From assembly GCA_963804525.1 (NCBI GenBank), contig CAWDQO010000005.1, positions 107,871 to 171,870 on the forward strand: a stretch of DNA of 64,000 bases, read 5' to 3'. Within the stretch, counting starts at the first letter, position 1. Each line of letters begins with the position of its first letter. The notes under the pieces were generated by a model that saw only the letters and a program-made list of their open reading frames with translations, was not told the origin of the DNA and made no database searches. This DNA is from an uncultured Thermoplasmata archaeon (GTDB lineage Archaea; Thermoplasmatota; Thermoplasmata; Lutacidiplasmatales; UBA184). Shown here piece by piece: positions 1-10,205 of the stretch. Made by a program: the position numbers and the translations under genes.

Positions 1-1
1 G

Positions 2-703
2 GTGGCGTCTCCCTGGGCCCTCTCGCTTGCGGCCGACCTCTCGGTTCGCCCCGCGGGGGGAACCCCGTGGACCAGCTCCTCGCCCGCGACCGGCCCGTCG
101 GCGGCGGCATCGTTCGGGATCGCCGAGCTCCGCGTCGAGTTCACCCCCGGTGCCGCGACGAGCGAGGGGTCGTCCCTCCTCGTCGGCTGGACCGTCTCCG
201 ATTGGCCGTTCGCAAACCCGCAGGACCTCCTCGGGGTCGTCTTCTCGTTCACCGCCGCCGACGCCGCCCAGGTCGAGGCGTGCCAGGCGACAACCGCCCT
301 CGCGGCACCGTCGTGCGCGGGGTCGGCGCTCGTGCCGAACGGCGTCCGGTGGGGGAGCGGGACCGTCGGCGTCGAGGCGGACGCGGCGAACGGCCCCGTG
401 GCGGCCCTCTCCTGGAGCGCTGCGGCGACGAACGGGACCGCCGCGCCCGCGGTGACCGGCGAGGAGCTCGCGCCCACGGGCGGCGCGGACGTCGTCGTGG
501 CCAACCCGTCGGTCGGCGCCGCGGGCGCCGTCGGCGTCGTTTCGTTCGCGATCTACACCCCCGGACCTTCGGGGCTCGCGCCGCTCACGGTCGTCGGGAG
601 CGGGCCGGCGTACCTGATTGCCGCGGCGCTCGCCGCGGGCGGAGCGCTCGGCGGGCTCGCGCTCTACCGGCAGCGCGATGAGCGGATCCGCGACGAGCTC
701 TGA
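2..703 (+). CDS. Secreted/surface protein with C-terminal membrane anchor (5' truncated by window edge)
   Basis: Ala/Ser/Thr/Val-rich beta-type sequence ending in hydrophobic YLIAAALAAGGALGGLALY plus a charged tail; stop converges on lysS. Confidence 0.6.
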   Translation: MASPWALSLAADLSVRPAGGTPWTSSSPATGPSAAASFGIAELRVEFTPGAATSEGSSLLVGWTVSDWPFANPQDLLGVVFSFTAADAAQVEACQATTALAAPSCAGSALVPNGVRWGSGTVGVEADAANGPVAALSWSAAATNGTAAPAVTGEELAPTGGADVVVANPSVGAAGAVGVVSFAIYTPGPSGLAPLTVVGSGPAYLIAAALAAGGALGGLALYRQRDERIRDEL

Positions 704-709
704 GCCCGG

Positions 710-2194
710 CTACGCCAGCCGGCGCGACTGCGGGAAGAGCACGACGTCCTTGATCGAGGCGGACCCGGTGAGGGCCATCGTCATCCGGTCGACGCCGATC
801 CCGAGCCCCGTCGCGGGGGGCATCCCGTACTCGAGCGCCTCGACGAACTCCGCGTCGTACGCGTAGCTCGCGTCCGGGTCGTCGCCCGCCTGGGCGAGGA
901 ACCTCCGGCGCTGCTCGTCCGGGTCGTTGAGCTCGGAGTACGCGTTCCCGAGCTCGAACCCCCGGTAGAACAGCTCGAACCGCTCGATGACGCCGGGGCG
1001 ACTCCGGTGCGATTTTGCGAGCGGACTCGTCACGGCCGGGTAGTCGAGGACGAACGTCGGCCGCTCGAGGGTCGGCTCGACGTAGTGGTCGAACAGCTTG
1101 TCGAAGCACTTCCCCGCCGGCGCGTCTTCGGCGATGGGGGCGCCGGTGGCGCGCGCGAGGGTGCGGAGCTTCTCGACGGGGACGTCGAGAAGGCCGGCGA
1201 CGCCCATCTTCCCCTCGAGCGTCCCGAGGTAGTCGATCGCATCGAAGGGGGGCCGGAACACGTCCGGCGCGGCCCGGGCCGCCGGGACGTCGGGGAGCGC
1301 CTCCGCGGCGACCTGGGCGAGCCGGGCGTAGAGCCCCTCGACGAGGCCCCGCATGTCCTGGTAGTCGGCGAACGCCCAGTAGCACTCCATCATCGTGAAC
1401 TCCGGGGTGTGGGTCGAATCGAGGTCCTCGTTCCGGAACACGGGCCCGAGCTCGAACACCTTCTCGAGGCCGCCGACGAGGAGGCGCTTCAGGTGGAGCT
1501 CGAGGGCGATCCGCAGGAGGAGGTCGTCGTCGAGGTAGTTCGAGCGGGTGACGAACGGTCGGGCGGTGGCCCCGCTCGCGACCGGCGCGAGGACGCCGGT
1601 CTCGACCTCGAGGAACCCGCGTTCGGAGAGGAACGCGCGCAGCCCCGAGGTCAGGAGCGACCGGGCCCGGAACCGGGCGCGCGACGCGGCGGACGCGAGG
1701 AGGTCGACGTGCCGATGCCGGATCCGGGCCTCCTCGTCCTGGAGGCCGTGCCACTTCTCCGGGGGCGGGCGGAGCGCCTTCGCGAGGAGCTCGACCCGCG
1801 TCACGCGGAGCGACGGTTCCCCCCGCTTGGTCCGGACCGGGTGGCCCACCACCCCGACGATGTCGCCGGGGTCGAGCTCGTCGAGCATCCCCTGGTACCC
1901 CGCCTCGCCGAGCTCGTCGACCCGGGCGAACAACTGGATCGCGCCGTCCCGGTCGTGGAGGTCGAGGAACGCGCTCTTGCCGTGCTGGCGGATCGGCCCG
2001 AGCCGGCCCGCGACCGCGAACGTCCGGGTCACGTCGTCCGCGCCCGGAGCGAGCGCGCCGGCGGCGGCGGCCACCGTCGCGGTCGGGACGACGTCGGGGA
2101 ATCGGTACGGATACGCGAGCCGCCCGGAGCCGACGACCCGCTCGAGCTTGCGCCGACGCTCGGCGATGAGGTGGTGCTCCTCCTCCCCGGGCAT
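710..2194 (-). CDS. lysS: Lysine--tRNA ligase, class II
   Basis: OB-fold anticodon domain (GKSAFLDLHD, GDIVGVVG), motif 2 FRNEDLDSTHTPEFTMME, motif 3 YGMPPATGLGIGVDR. Confidence 0.97.
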   Translation of the reverse strand: MPGEEEHHLIAERRRKLERVVGSGRLAYPYRFPDVVPTATVAAAAGALAPGADDVTRTFAVAGRLGPIRQHGKSAFLDLHDRDGAIQLFARVDELGEAGYQGMLDELDPGDIVGVVGHPVRTKRGEPSLRVTRVELLAKALRPPPEKWHGLQDEEARIRHRHVDLLASAASRARFRARSLLTSGLRAFLSERGFLEVETGVLAPVASGATARPFVTRSNYLDDDLLLRIALELHLKRLLVGGLEKVFELGPVFRNEDLDSTHTPEFTMMECYWAFADYQDMRGLVEGLYARLAQVAAEALPDVPAARAAPDVFRPPFDAIDYLGTLEGKMGVAGLLDVPVEKLRTLARATGAPIAEDAPAGKCFDKLFDHYVEPTLERPTFVLDYPAVTSPLAKSHRSRPGVIERFELFYRGFELGNAYSELNDPDEQRRRFLAQAGDDPDASYAYDAEFVEALEYGMPPATGLGIGVDRMTMALTGSASIKDVVLFPQSRRLA

Positions 2195-2243
2195 CCCGCG
2201 CCCGAGGGGGGCCAGTCGGAGAAAAGGGTAGCGCCGGGGGGAC

Positions 2244-2630
2244 TCAGTTCGGCGCGCCTTCGAGGGAGAGTCGCTCGGTGCCGCCGGGGCGCTGCAGGAC
2301 GAGCTGCTCGGCCTCGGTCGCGGTCGCCGGCTCGTGGAGGACGAGGAACGTCCCGAAGAAGAACTCGGCCGTCGCGTCGCCGCCTCCGATCCCGTAGCTC
2401 ACGTAGTCGGAGAAGTAGACGTGGACCTGACCGGAGTGGGTCTTCCGGAGCGCGACCAGGAACTCCTTCAGGACGTTCGGGTCCTGCCGGTGCAGTTCCT
2501 CGACGAGGTCGCGGAGAAGCGGGCGCTGGGAGAGGCCGCCGAGGCCGTCGTAGGAGAGGTAGACCGCGGGTCGGGGTACGAGCGTGACGACGTCGAGCCG
2601 GAGGACGCTCTCGACCTGCTTCGTCCGCAT
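2244..2630 (-). CDS. Hypothetical protein (128 aa)
   Basis: ATG start, host-like codon usage, co-oriented upstream of lysS, TATA-like TTAA near 2655. Confidence 0.6.
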   Translation of the reverse strand: MRTKQVESVLRLDVVTLVPRPAVYLSYDGLGGLSQRPLLRDLVEELHRQDPNVLKEFLVALRKTHSGQVHVYFSDYVSYGIGGGDATAEFFFGTFLVLHEPATATEAEQLVLQRPGGTERLSLEGAPN

Positions 2631-2785
2631 CGGGGCGCGCCTATCGCGGGCGTGTTAAGAACTCTTCGGCCCGGACGGAGGGGGAGTTGCGCGCTCCCCG
2701 CGAGCTTCTGCGCCCGCCATCCGGTCGCAAGGGAATAATCCCCCCCGGACGTGAGTTGGGCGTGCGTGTCCGCGGCCGGCCGCGA

Positions 2786-5217
2786 ATGTGGCTCGCGGTC
2801 GTCGCGACGCTCGTCGCCACCGGTCTTCTCCTGTCGGCCGGAGGGGTGGAGCCGTCCGACGCGGGAGCGACCCGCCTCCTCGGCCGCGTGGGCGGCGCAA
2901 CGACGGACGTTCCGCGACCGTCCGGCCTCCGGAACTCGTCCGTGGCGGACCGCCCGGACTCGCGACCGGCGGGCCTCAACGCCTCCCCGACGTGGGTCTC
3001 GCTCTCGAGTCCGGATGCGCCGCCCCCCCAGGTGGGGGGTGCGATGGCGTACGACCCGTACCTCGGGTACGGGGGGAGACCATTCTGTTCGGTGGGCACA
3101 TCCCGTCGGGCGACACCGACGAAAACCAGACCTGGGTCTACAACTCTGGGGCGTGGAACAATCTCACCGGGGACATCGGTCACGCCCCACCTCCTCGATC
3201 GGGAGCTTCGTTCGCCCTGGACAGCTCCGGCGAGCTGGTGTTGTTCGGCGGTTCGGCCCAGGACGGCACCTGCTTCAACGACACGTGGGTGTTCGACGGG
3301 ACGGGCTGGGCGAACCTCACGAGCGGGCTGGCGCCGCCCGCGCGCCAGTGGGGGGCGATGACGTGGGACTCCGCGGCGAACGAGGCCGTCCTCTTTGGAG
3401 GAGAGTCGCAGACGGGCACCTTCCTGAACGACACCTGGACCTACGACGCCTACGGCGCCCCCGGCTGGACTCTCCTCTCTCCGGCCGGGGCGCCGTCCCC
3501 GCGCGGATTCGCGGGGTTCGTCGACGACCTTCCGTTGGGAGGCGCGCTCCTGTTCGGAGGCCGGACCACGCCCGGTTCCGTTCCCGACAATGACACTGAG
3601 CTGTTCGCGAACGACAGTTGGACGGCCCTCTCGCCACCGAGTTCGCCCTCCGGTCGCGCCAACCCCGCCATGGTGTACAATCCGGACGGGTGGGACGTCC
3701 TGCTCTTCGGCGGGTTCAACGGCTCCTTCGGCAACATCTACTACAACGATACCTGGTCGTTCAACGGTTCCACGTGGGCCCCGATCGCACCGACCGTTTC
3801 CCCGAGCCCGCGCGGGGCCGGTGGGTCCGCCTACGACCCCGGCGTCGGCTTCCTCGAGTTTGGGGGCGCGGGCACCTCGACCGACCTCGGCGACACGTGG
3901 ACGCTCGACCTCCTCAGCACCGAGATCAGCCTCAACCACACCTCGCCCAGTGGACCGGCGCCGCTGACGCGCGAGTTCTGGGCCGAGACCGCGAACGGCT
4001 CCGGCCCCTACAACGATACATGGCACTTTGGCGACGGGAGCACCGGCTCTGGGACCCCCGTCGCTCACACCTACGACTCGGACGGGACGTACGACGTGAC
4101 CCTGACGGCCGTCGACGCGTACGGCACCGTCGTGAACGCCGTTCCGTGGACCATCTTGGTCTCCGGACCCCTCGACGCGAATCTCACGAGCAACGTGAGC
4201 CGCGGCGCCGCCCCGCTCGCGGTGGCGTTCCACAGCACCGCGTGGGGAGGCTACGCGCCATACCAGTATGGCTGGACCTTTGGAGATTCGGGGTCGAGCA
4301 CGCTCCAGGACCCCACGCACACGTTCCTTGCCCCGGGAAACTACACCGTGGGCCTCAACGTGACCGACCGCAACGGTACGGTCGTGGGCGAGAGCGTCCG
4401 GATCGTCGTGACGGAGGCCGCCGCGCCGCCCGCCCCACCCCTGACCGCTTCGATCTCGGCGATCTCCGAGGGGACGACCGGGACGGTCCGGTTCACCGCC
4501 ACGAGCTCCGGGGGATACCCTCCGTATGAGGACGTCTGGTGGCTCGGAGCCGAGGAGGCCTCCCACCTCCCCTCGTTCAACGAGACGTTCGCGGCGAGCG
4601 GGACGTACGCGGTCGAGCTCGCAACGTCGGACTCCCACGGCGCGACCGTCCACGCCTTCACGAACGTGTCGGTCGACCGACCGGTCGTGTCGAATTCCAG
4701 CTCCTGCCCCGCTTGGGCCCTCGACTGCGGCCCGCTCCCGACGCTCGCCATCCTCGCCGGGGCCGTCGTCATCGCCCTCCTCGTCGGGGTCCTCCTCTGG
4801 GGTCGCCGCCCCCGGGGCCCCGGCCCCCCTCCTCCGAGCGGGGCCGCCGCCGGCCCGGCCCTCCCGGCGGTCGGCGCCCCGTCGACGCCCGCCCCACCCC
4901 CTCCGAGCGGCGGACCCGGTACGGTCGCCGGCCGCTTCGCCGGCCCGGCCCCCCTTTCGGACCGCCTCCTCGACCGTCTCTACGAACTCGGCCGCCCGGA
5001 CCCGAACGCCGCCGCACGACCGGAGTTCACCCAGGATGGCCTTGCCGCCTCCCTGGGGACGGTGCAGGGGGGCATCGCGCGCTCGCTCCAACGACTCGAA
5101 GACTCCGGGCTGATCGCCTCGGAGGTCGCGCACGTCGCCGGGCAAACGCGCCGCCGGAAGGTCTACCGACTCACGCCCCAGGGGGAGTCCGCGGCCCGCC
5201 GACGTCACCCGTCGTAG
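2786..5217 (+). CDS. Signal peptide + Kelch beta-propeller + PKD domains + TM + Pro-rich linker + C-terminal winged HTH; one apparent frameshift near 3071-3076
   Basis: MWLAVVATLV signal peptide in one frame, then LFGG..DTW repeats, WHFGDG/WTFGD PKD motifs, TM LAILAGAVVIALLVGVLLW, and FTQDGLAASLGTVQGGIARSLQRLEDSGLI..VYRLTPQG; a G6 run where G7 restores YGGETILFGG. Confidence 0.85.
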
Positions 5218-5314
5218 GGCTCCCGGCCGGTGCGCCCCGGGGGGCTCGTAACCCAGGGATGCGCATATGCGAGCATGGGTGGGGCCGAGGTTTATCTGAG
5301 CCGCCGCCGGGGAA

Positions 5315-6475
5315 TTGCGCATGCGTCCAACTCCCCGCGCCGACCGACCCACGACCGCCATCGAACGAACACCGTCCGTCCCCCTCCCGGGGGTGCGGAG
5401 ACCTGGGTCCCTCGTCGGATTGGCCGGGGCCGGGGGGCTCCTGCTCGTGGTCCTCATTCTCGCGATCCCGTTCCCGACCGCCGTGGCGGGAGCCGCCGGA
5501 GTCTCCACGGCGCATCCACCGCTCGCCCCGGCCGCATGGACGAAGCTCGCCCCGGCGACCTCCCCCCCGACGCGACAGTCCGGCACGATGGTGTTCGACC
5601 CGGTCGCGAAGGAGTTCGTCCTGTTCGGAGGCGACTCCAACGGAGCGCTGGGCGACACGTGGACGTACGCCGCGGGCGTGTGGACGAACCGGACATCCAC
5701 GATCCTGAGCCAGCCGTCGGCCCGGTGGTACTTCGGCATGACCTGGGACGCGGCCGACGGCGTGGTGCTCCTCTTCGGCGGACGGAACCTCGCCACGGAC
5801 TTCGGCGACACCTGGGAGTTCAACGGTACGGCCTGGTCCCGGGTCGCCACGACCGTGGCACCCCCTCCCATGACCACGAGCCGATTGACGTACGACGCGC
5901 GCGACGGACTCGTCGTCCTGTACGGGGGAGACAGCATCCTGGCGGGGACCCCCAGTTTCTACAACGTCGTCTGGACGTTCCGCCTCGGCGCGTGGACGAA
6001 CATCACGTCGCACGTGACCGGACTTCCCGCCAACCCGAACGAGCTGACGGACGGGGTGTATGACGCGGCGACCGGCGCGATCCTCTACTTCGGGGGGAAC
6101 GTCGGGACGACCGGAGGGTGCAACGCGCCCGGATACACCTGGACGTACTCCGGCCGAGCGTTCACCAACATCAGCCGAGCGCGAGGAACGGCGCCGCCGC
6201 TCGCCCTCGGGTCCCGGATGATGACGTACGACCCGGCGATCCAGGGCGTGGTCCTGTACGGCGGGTGGGACGGGGGAAGCTGCGCGTTCGCCCACGCGAC
6301 CTACGAGTACGCCTCCGGCACGTGGACCCAGGTCCTGCTCGCCCGCAGCCCCGGGCCGCTCTGGGACGGCGATATGGCGACCGACACGGCGACGGGGAAC
6401 GTCGTTCTGTTCTCCGGGGCCACCGTGCCCTATTCGCCGGCGCAGTCGAGCCAGACCTGGCGGTTCACACCGTAG
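5315..6475 (+). CDS. Secreted Kelch-repeat beta-propeller protein
   Basis: N-terminal hydrophobic segment, about 6 repeats of YD..xxLFGG..DTW; TATA-like TTTAT near 5291. Confidence 0.85.
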   Translation: MRMRPTPRADRPTTAIERTPSVPLPGVRRPGSLVGLAGAGGLLLVVLILAIPFPTAVAGAAGVSTAHPPLAPAAWTKLAPATSPPTRQSGTMVFDPVAKEFVLFGGDSNGALGDTWTYAAGVWTNRTSTILSQPSARWYFGMTWDAADGVVLLFGGRNLATDFGDTWEFNGTAWSRVATTVAPPPMTTSRLTYDARDGLVVLYGGDSILAGTPSFYNVVWTFRLGAWTNITSHVTGLPANPNELTDGVYDAATGAILYFGGNVGTTGGCNAPGYTWTYSGRAFTNISRARGTAPPLALGSRMMTYDPAIQGVVLYGGWDGGSCAFAHATYEYASGTWTQVLLARSPGPLWDGDMATDTATGNVVLFSGATVPYSPAQSSQTWRFTP

Positions 6476-6559
6476 AACCCATTCGGGCCAGGCGCTCACG
6501 CGCCCGGCCCTTCCGACCCGAGCGCGACGAGAAAGGGTTGACCGACGGAGCGACGCGCC

Positions 6560-8188
6560 CTAGTGGTCGTGGCCGCCCGGACCGCCGCCGGGCGGTGAGG
6601 GGGACCCCTTCTTCGACGCGATGATGTCGTCGATGCGGAGGACCATGTTCGCGACCTCGACCGCCGAGCTCAGCGCCTGGCGCTTGACCCGGGCAGGCTC
6701 CACGACGCGGAGCGTCCACATGTCGGCCGCCTTGCCGGTCACGAGGTTGACCCCGACGTTCTTGTTCGCGTTCGGACCGTCGTGCGCACCGCGCAGTTCA
6801 ATCAGCGTGTTGATCGAGTCGTAGCCGCCGTTCTCGGCGAGCGCCCACGGGATCGACTCGAGCGCCTGGGCGAACGCCTCGACCGCGAGCTGCTCGCGGC
6901 CGCCGACGCTCGGTGCCCACTTGCGGAGCTTGACCGCGAGGTCGATCTCCGTCGCGCCGCCGCCGGGGCACACGACGCCGTCCTCGAGGACGCTCGAGAC
7001 GACCTTCAGGGCGTCCTGGAGCGAGCGTTCGACTTCCTGCGTCACGTGCTCGGTGCCGCCGCGGATCAGGATCGAGACCGAGCGGGGGTTCGAGCAGCCG
7101 GTGACGAACGTCATATCGTCGTCCCCGACCTTCCGCTCCTCGACGAGCTCGGCTTTCCCGAGGTCGGCCGCGGTGAGGTCTTTGACGCCGGTGACGACCT
7201 TCGCGCCGGTCGCGCGGGCGAGCTTCTGGATGTCGGACTCCTTCACCTGCTTCACGGCGAAGATCCCCTCCTTCGCGAGGTAGTGCAGGACGACGTCGTC
7301 GATCCCCTTCTGGGAGACGACGACGTTCGCGCCCGACGCCTTGATCGACTCCACCATCCGGCGGAACGTGCGGTCTTCCTCGTCGAGGAAGCTTTGGATC
7401 TGGGACGGGTTCTTGACGTTGATCTTGCTCTCGATCTCGGTCTTCTTGATCTCGAGCGCCGAGTTGAGGAGGGCGATCTTGGCCCCCTTCACGTTGCGCG
7501 GCATGCGCGGGTGGCCCCGCTCCTTGTCGAGGAGGATCCCGTCGATGAGCTCGGTGTCGGCGATGGTGCCGCCGTGCCGCTTCTCGACCTTGATCTGGTC
7601 GACGTCGGCGACCAGCTTGTCGCCGCGCTTCTCGACGATCTTCTGGACCGCCTGGACCGCGATCTTCGCGAGGTGGTCGCGCGAGCCGAAGACGCCCTTC
7701 GAGCCCATCGCGGTGGTGGCGCAGTCGGTCAGGATCTGGACATCGTCGGCCTTGACCGCGGTTCCGATCTCCGTCTCGAGGAGCTTCTGGGCCTGCTGGA
7801 CCGCGACCTGGTAGCCGCGCGTGATGACCGTGGGGTGGATGTTCTGCTCGAGGAGCCCCTCGGCGCGCTTGAGGAGTTCGCCGGCGAGGACGACCGCCGT
7901 GGTGGTCCCGTCGCCGCACTGCTGGTCCTGGGTCTTCGCGACCTCGACCAGCATCTTCGCGGCGGGGTGCTCGACGTCGACTTCCTTCAGGATCGTGACG
8001 CCGTCGTTCGTAATCGTGATGTCGCCCATCGAGTCGACGAGCATCTTGTCCATGCCGCGCGGGCCGAGGGTGGTCCGGACCGCGTCCGCGATCGCACGGG
8101 CCGCCGCGATGTTGCTCGAGGAGGCGCTCTTGCCGCGGTCGCGTTCGGTCCCTTCCTTCAGCACCAGGATCTGGGCTCCCTGAAGCAT
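6560..8188 (-). CDS. ths: Thermosome (group II chaperonin) subunit
   Basis: [40 protein letters not shown] motifs; GGTGA Shine-Dalgarno just upstream. Confidence 0.98.
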   Translation of the reverse strand: MLQGAQILVLKEGTERDRGKSASSSNIAAARAIADAVRTTLGPRGMDKMLVDSMGDITITNDGVTILKEVDVEHPAAKMLVEVAKTQDQQCGDGTTTAVVLAGELLKRAEGLLEQNIHPTVITRGYQVAVQQAQKLLETEIGTAVKADDVQILTDCATTAMGSKGVFGSRDHLAKIAVQAVQKIVEKRGDKLVADVDQIKVEKRHGGTIADTELIDGILLDKERGHPRMPRNVKGAKIALLNSALEIKKTEIESKINVKNPSQIQSFLDEEDRTFRRMVESIKASGANVVVSQKGIDDVVLHYLAKEGIFAVKQVKESDIQKLARATGAKVVTGVKDLTAADLGKAELVEERKVGDDDMTFVTGCSNPRSVSILIRGGTEHVTQEVERSLQDALKVVSSVLEDGVVCPGGGATEIDLAVKLRKWAPSVGGREQLAVEAFAQALESIPWALAENGGYDSINTLIELRGAHDGPNANKNVGVNLVTGKAADMWTLRVVEPARVKRQALSSAVEVANMVLRIDDIIASKKGSPSPPGGGPGGHDH

Positions 8189-8220
8189 TCTAAGTCACCG
8201 AGTTCGGGGACCCTGCGCTT

Positions 8221-8310
8221 CTATATGAAACCGACTACGCTCCGGGCTTTGGGATTTTAATCGGGTCTGGCCGCGGTTGTGATTAAAATCGGGTCCCTGT
8301 GATTCTATTC
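8221..8310 (-). promoter_or_regulatory. Thermosome promoter with repeated GATTnnAATC palindromic boxes
   Basis: TATA-like TTTCATATAG on the minus strand (8221-8230); GATTTTAATC 8253-8262, GATTAAAATC 8281-8290, degenerate GATTCTATTC 8301-8310. Confidence 0.6.
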
Positions 8311-8389
8311 GGTTGGGTCCGCCAGTCGAGGTAGAAGCCGGAGCTCGTGGGCTCATCCCTGCCCCCGGGGAGTCTGGGAAGAACCGGGC

Positions 8390-9214
8390 GTGAACACGAG
8401 GGCCGGGCTCGCGGGAAGGCCGAGTGGCGAGAGGGAACGGCCCGTTAGGCCATCTTATGCCAACTTCGGGAGTTCCCCGTCCGTGCGGACTCTCCCAATT
8501 CTGGGTGCGGTCACGGTAGGACTCTTGCTCGTCTGGTCTTCCGTAGGGGTCGGCTCCTCTGCGTTCGTCGTCTCGCTGAATGCTCCATACACTGGGGCGT
8601 CCACGTATGATCACACGTTCCTGCGGAGCCTCTCCGGGTGCCCCTCGCACGCCCATGACACCATCCCGGGCAGCTTCACGACCACGACGGGGGTTGCCCG
8701 AGTTTCGGCAGAGGTTGACACGATGATGTGCTCGTCGACCTCGACGACGGCCCGCTTCATTGGGTTCGTCGGGGTAACCGACATCGCCTTCACGGTGCCG
8801 ACTACCGGGGTGTACAACGTCTCCGCTTCGTGGCAACTCGATGCCCGTGTCACCGTGACGGTGGACTTCAACGGCACCCCGACGAACAACGCCGGGGCGT
8901 CCGCGCAACTGAAGCCCATCCTTTGCGTCCTTGACCTCACCGCGTCCACGACGGACTGCAAGACGGGACACCAGTTCGGGATGGTCAACGGCAGTCGGAA
9001 CCTCACCGCGACGATCACCTCTGCGTTCATCCAGATCTCGCGGGGCGTCCCCCTCGTTGCGGGTCACTCGTACGTGTTCCGAGCGTCCATCTCGTACGAT
9101 CTCGTTGCCCAAACCTCCGCACCGGCTGGGGACGGAACGATTGCGGTGGTCGCCCTCGACATGCACTCGGGCTCATACAACGCGCAGCTCAAGTCGCTCA
9201 AGATCTGGAGCTAA
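8390..9214 (+). CDS. Secreted hypothetical beta-rich protein (true start may be downstream)
   Basis: Hydrophobic signal-like segment LPILGAVTVGLLLVWS, Ser/Thr-rich body with paired Cys and N-x-S/T sequons. Confidence 0.65.
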   Translation: MNTRAGLAGRPSGERERPVRPSYANFGSSPSVRTLPILGAVTVGLLLVWSSVGVGSSAFVVSLNAPYTGASTYDHTFLRSLSGCPSHAHDTIPGSFTTTTGVARVSAEVDTMMCSSTSTTARFIGFVGVTDIAFTVPTTGVYNVSASWQLDARVTVTVDFNGTPTNNAGASAQLKPILCVLDLTASTTDCKTGHQFGMVNGSRNLTATITSAFIQISRGVPLVAGHSYVFRASISYDLVAQTSAPAGDGTIAVVALDMHSGSYNAQLKSLKIWS

Positions 9215-9425
9215 GGGGCACTGAGTCGCCCGAGTCATCCGCGGTGGTGCCCGCGGGCAAGTCGGCTTCGGTCGGCCCGGCCAGTCGGAAAACACATCGG
9301 GCCACCCCCACTTCCGTCTCTTCGTGGACGTTCGGCGGCTACCCCGCCGTCAAGAGCCTGATCGTAGGTGATGAGCCGATGGCGTCGAAATCAACTCCCA
9401 ACGGCGCCGGATTGCTCTGACCAAC

Positions 9426-9845
9426 TTGGCCTTGCCTCGGGGAGGAGATTCGTATTCCGAAACCATTACGATGCCATGCGAGGATACTCCCAGGCGGGCC
9501 GGTATGCCTCTCATCCTCGAGCCGGGCCGGTGGAATCGTCAGGACCTACTGGAACTGGCCAAGGGGCAGGACGAGGGGCTACGCCAGATACTCGGCGTCT
9601 TCGAGGCGGGGCGGGTGCCGTTCCCTCACGCCTGGGCCGGCGATGCGTCTATCGAGCTCATGCGCGCCGTGATTGCCTGGTACGGCTCCGAGAGCGACGA
9701 GGCTCCCCCGGCCCGGCTCACCGCCGTGGTCAACGCTCAGTACGCGACCATGCTCGCCGTCTCAAGGCTGGTTCCTTCGACGCTGCTCGCAGACCAGGCG
9801 GCCAAGAAGCGGACCAGCACGGCCGCAACCAGCGGCGGGATCTGA
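9426..9845 (+). CDS. Hypothetical protein (start uncertain)
   Basis: Globular helical-looking composition, coding-like codon bias in the 3' part. Confidence 0.5.
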   Translation: MALPRGGDSYSETITMPCEDTPRRAGMPLILEPGRWNRQDLLELAKGQDEGLRQILGVFEAGRVPFPHAWAGDASIELMRAVIAWYGSESDEAPPARLTAVVNAQYATMLAVSRLVPSTLLADQAAKKRTSTAATSGGI

Positions 9846-10205
9846 AGTTCGCCATCTGACCACGGAAAAACCCGTCCCCCCGGCGACACCGCTCAGGGGC
9901 GAGGCGGGATGCTATCGGACAGGATTGTCGAATCTGCGGTCCGGCCGCCGGGCGGGGAGTGCTGGTCCCGACCTCAGAGGAAAGGCGGGGAACCACTGGC
10001 GGGATGGGGCGCTTGCGGAGGATAGCTAATCCCGGAAACCGGGGGATTCGACGGGGACCCCAAAATCGCAATTGGTACGACGGGGGAGGCGGCACTCAGC
10101 CTGCCGTAACCATTCGGTGGCCAGCGACGACGAAAGCCATGACCCCGGTCGATTCCCTCCACGGGAGTCCCGACGTTTCATCTGGATCCAAGCACTGACG
10201 GGGGC

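Noticed and set aside
710-2194. Class II LysRS and bacterial-type RibA as anomalies for an archaeon
   Set aside because: Both are already known from some archaeal lineages, so they are not novel on their own.
10149-10160. 12-bp match TCGATTCCCTCC to the tRNA-Cys 3' half (35471-35482) as a possible att site
   Set aside because: It lies upstream rather than downstream of the tRNA, encloses core genes, and is short enough to occur by chance.
10044-10165. tmRNA-like words (GGATTCGACGGGG and a T-arm-like GGTCGATTCCC)
   Set aside because: Only about 110 nt apart, no acceptor stem, no TTC T-loop or CCA, and tmRNA is not known in archaea.
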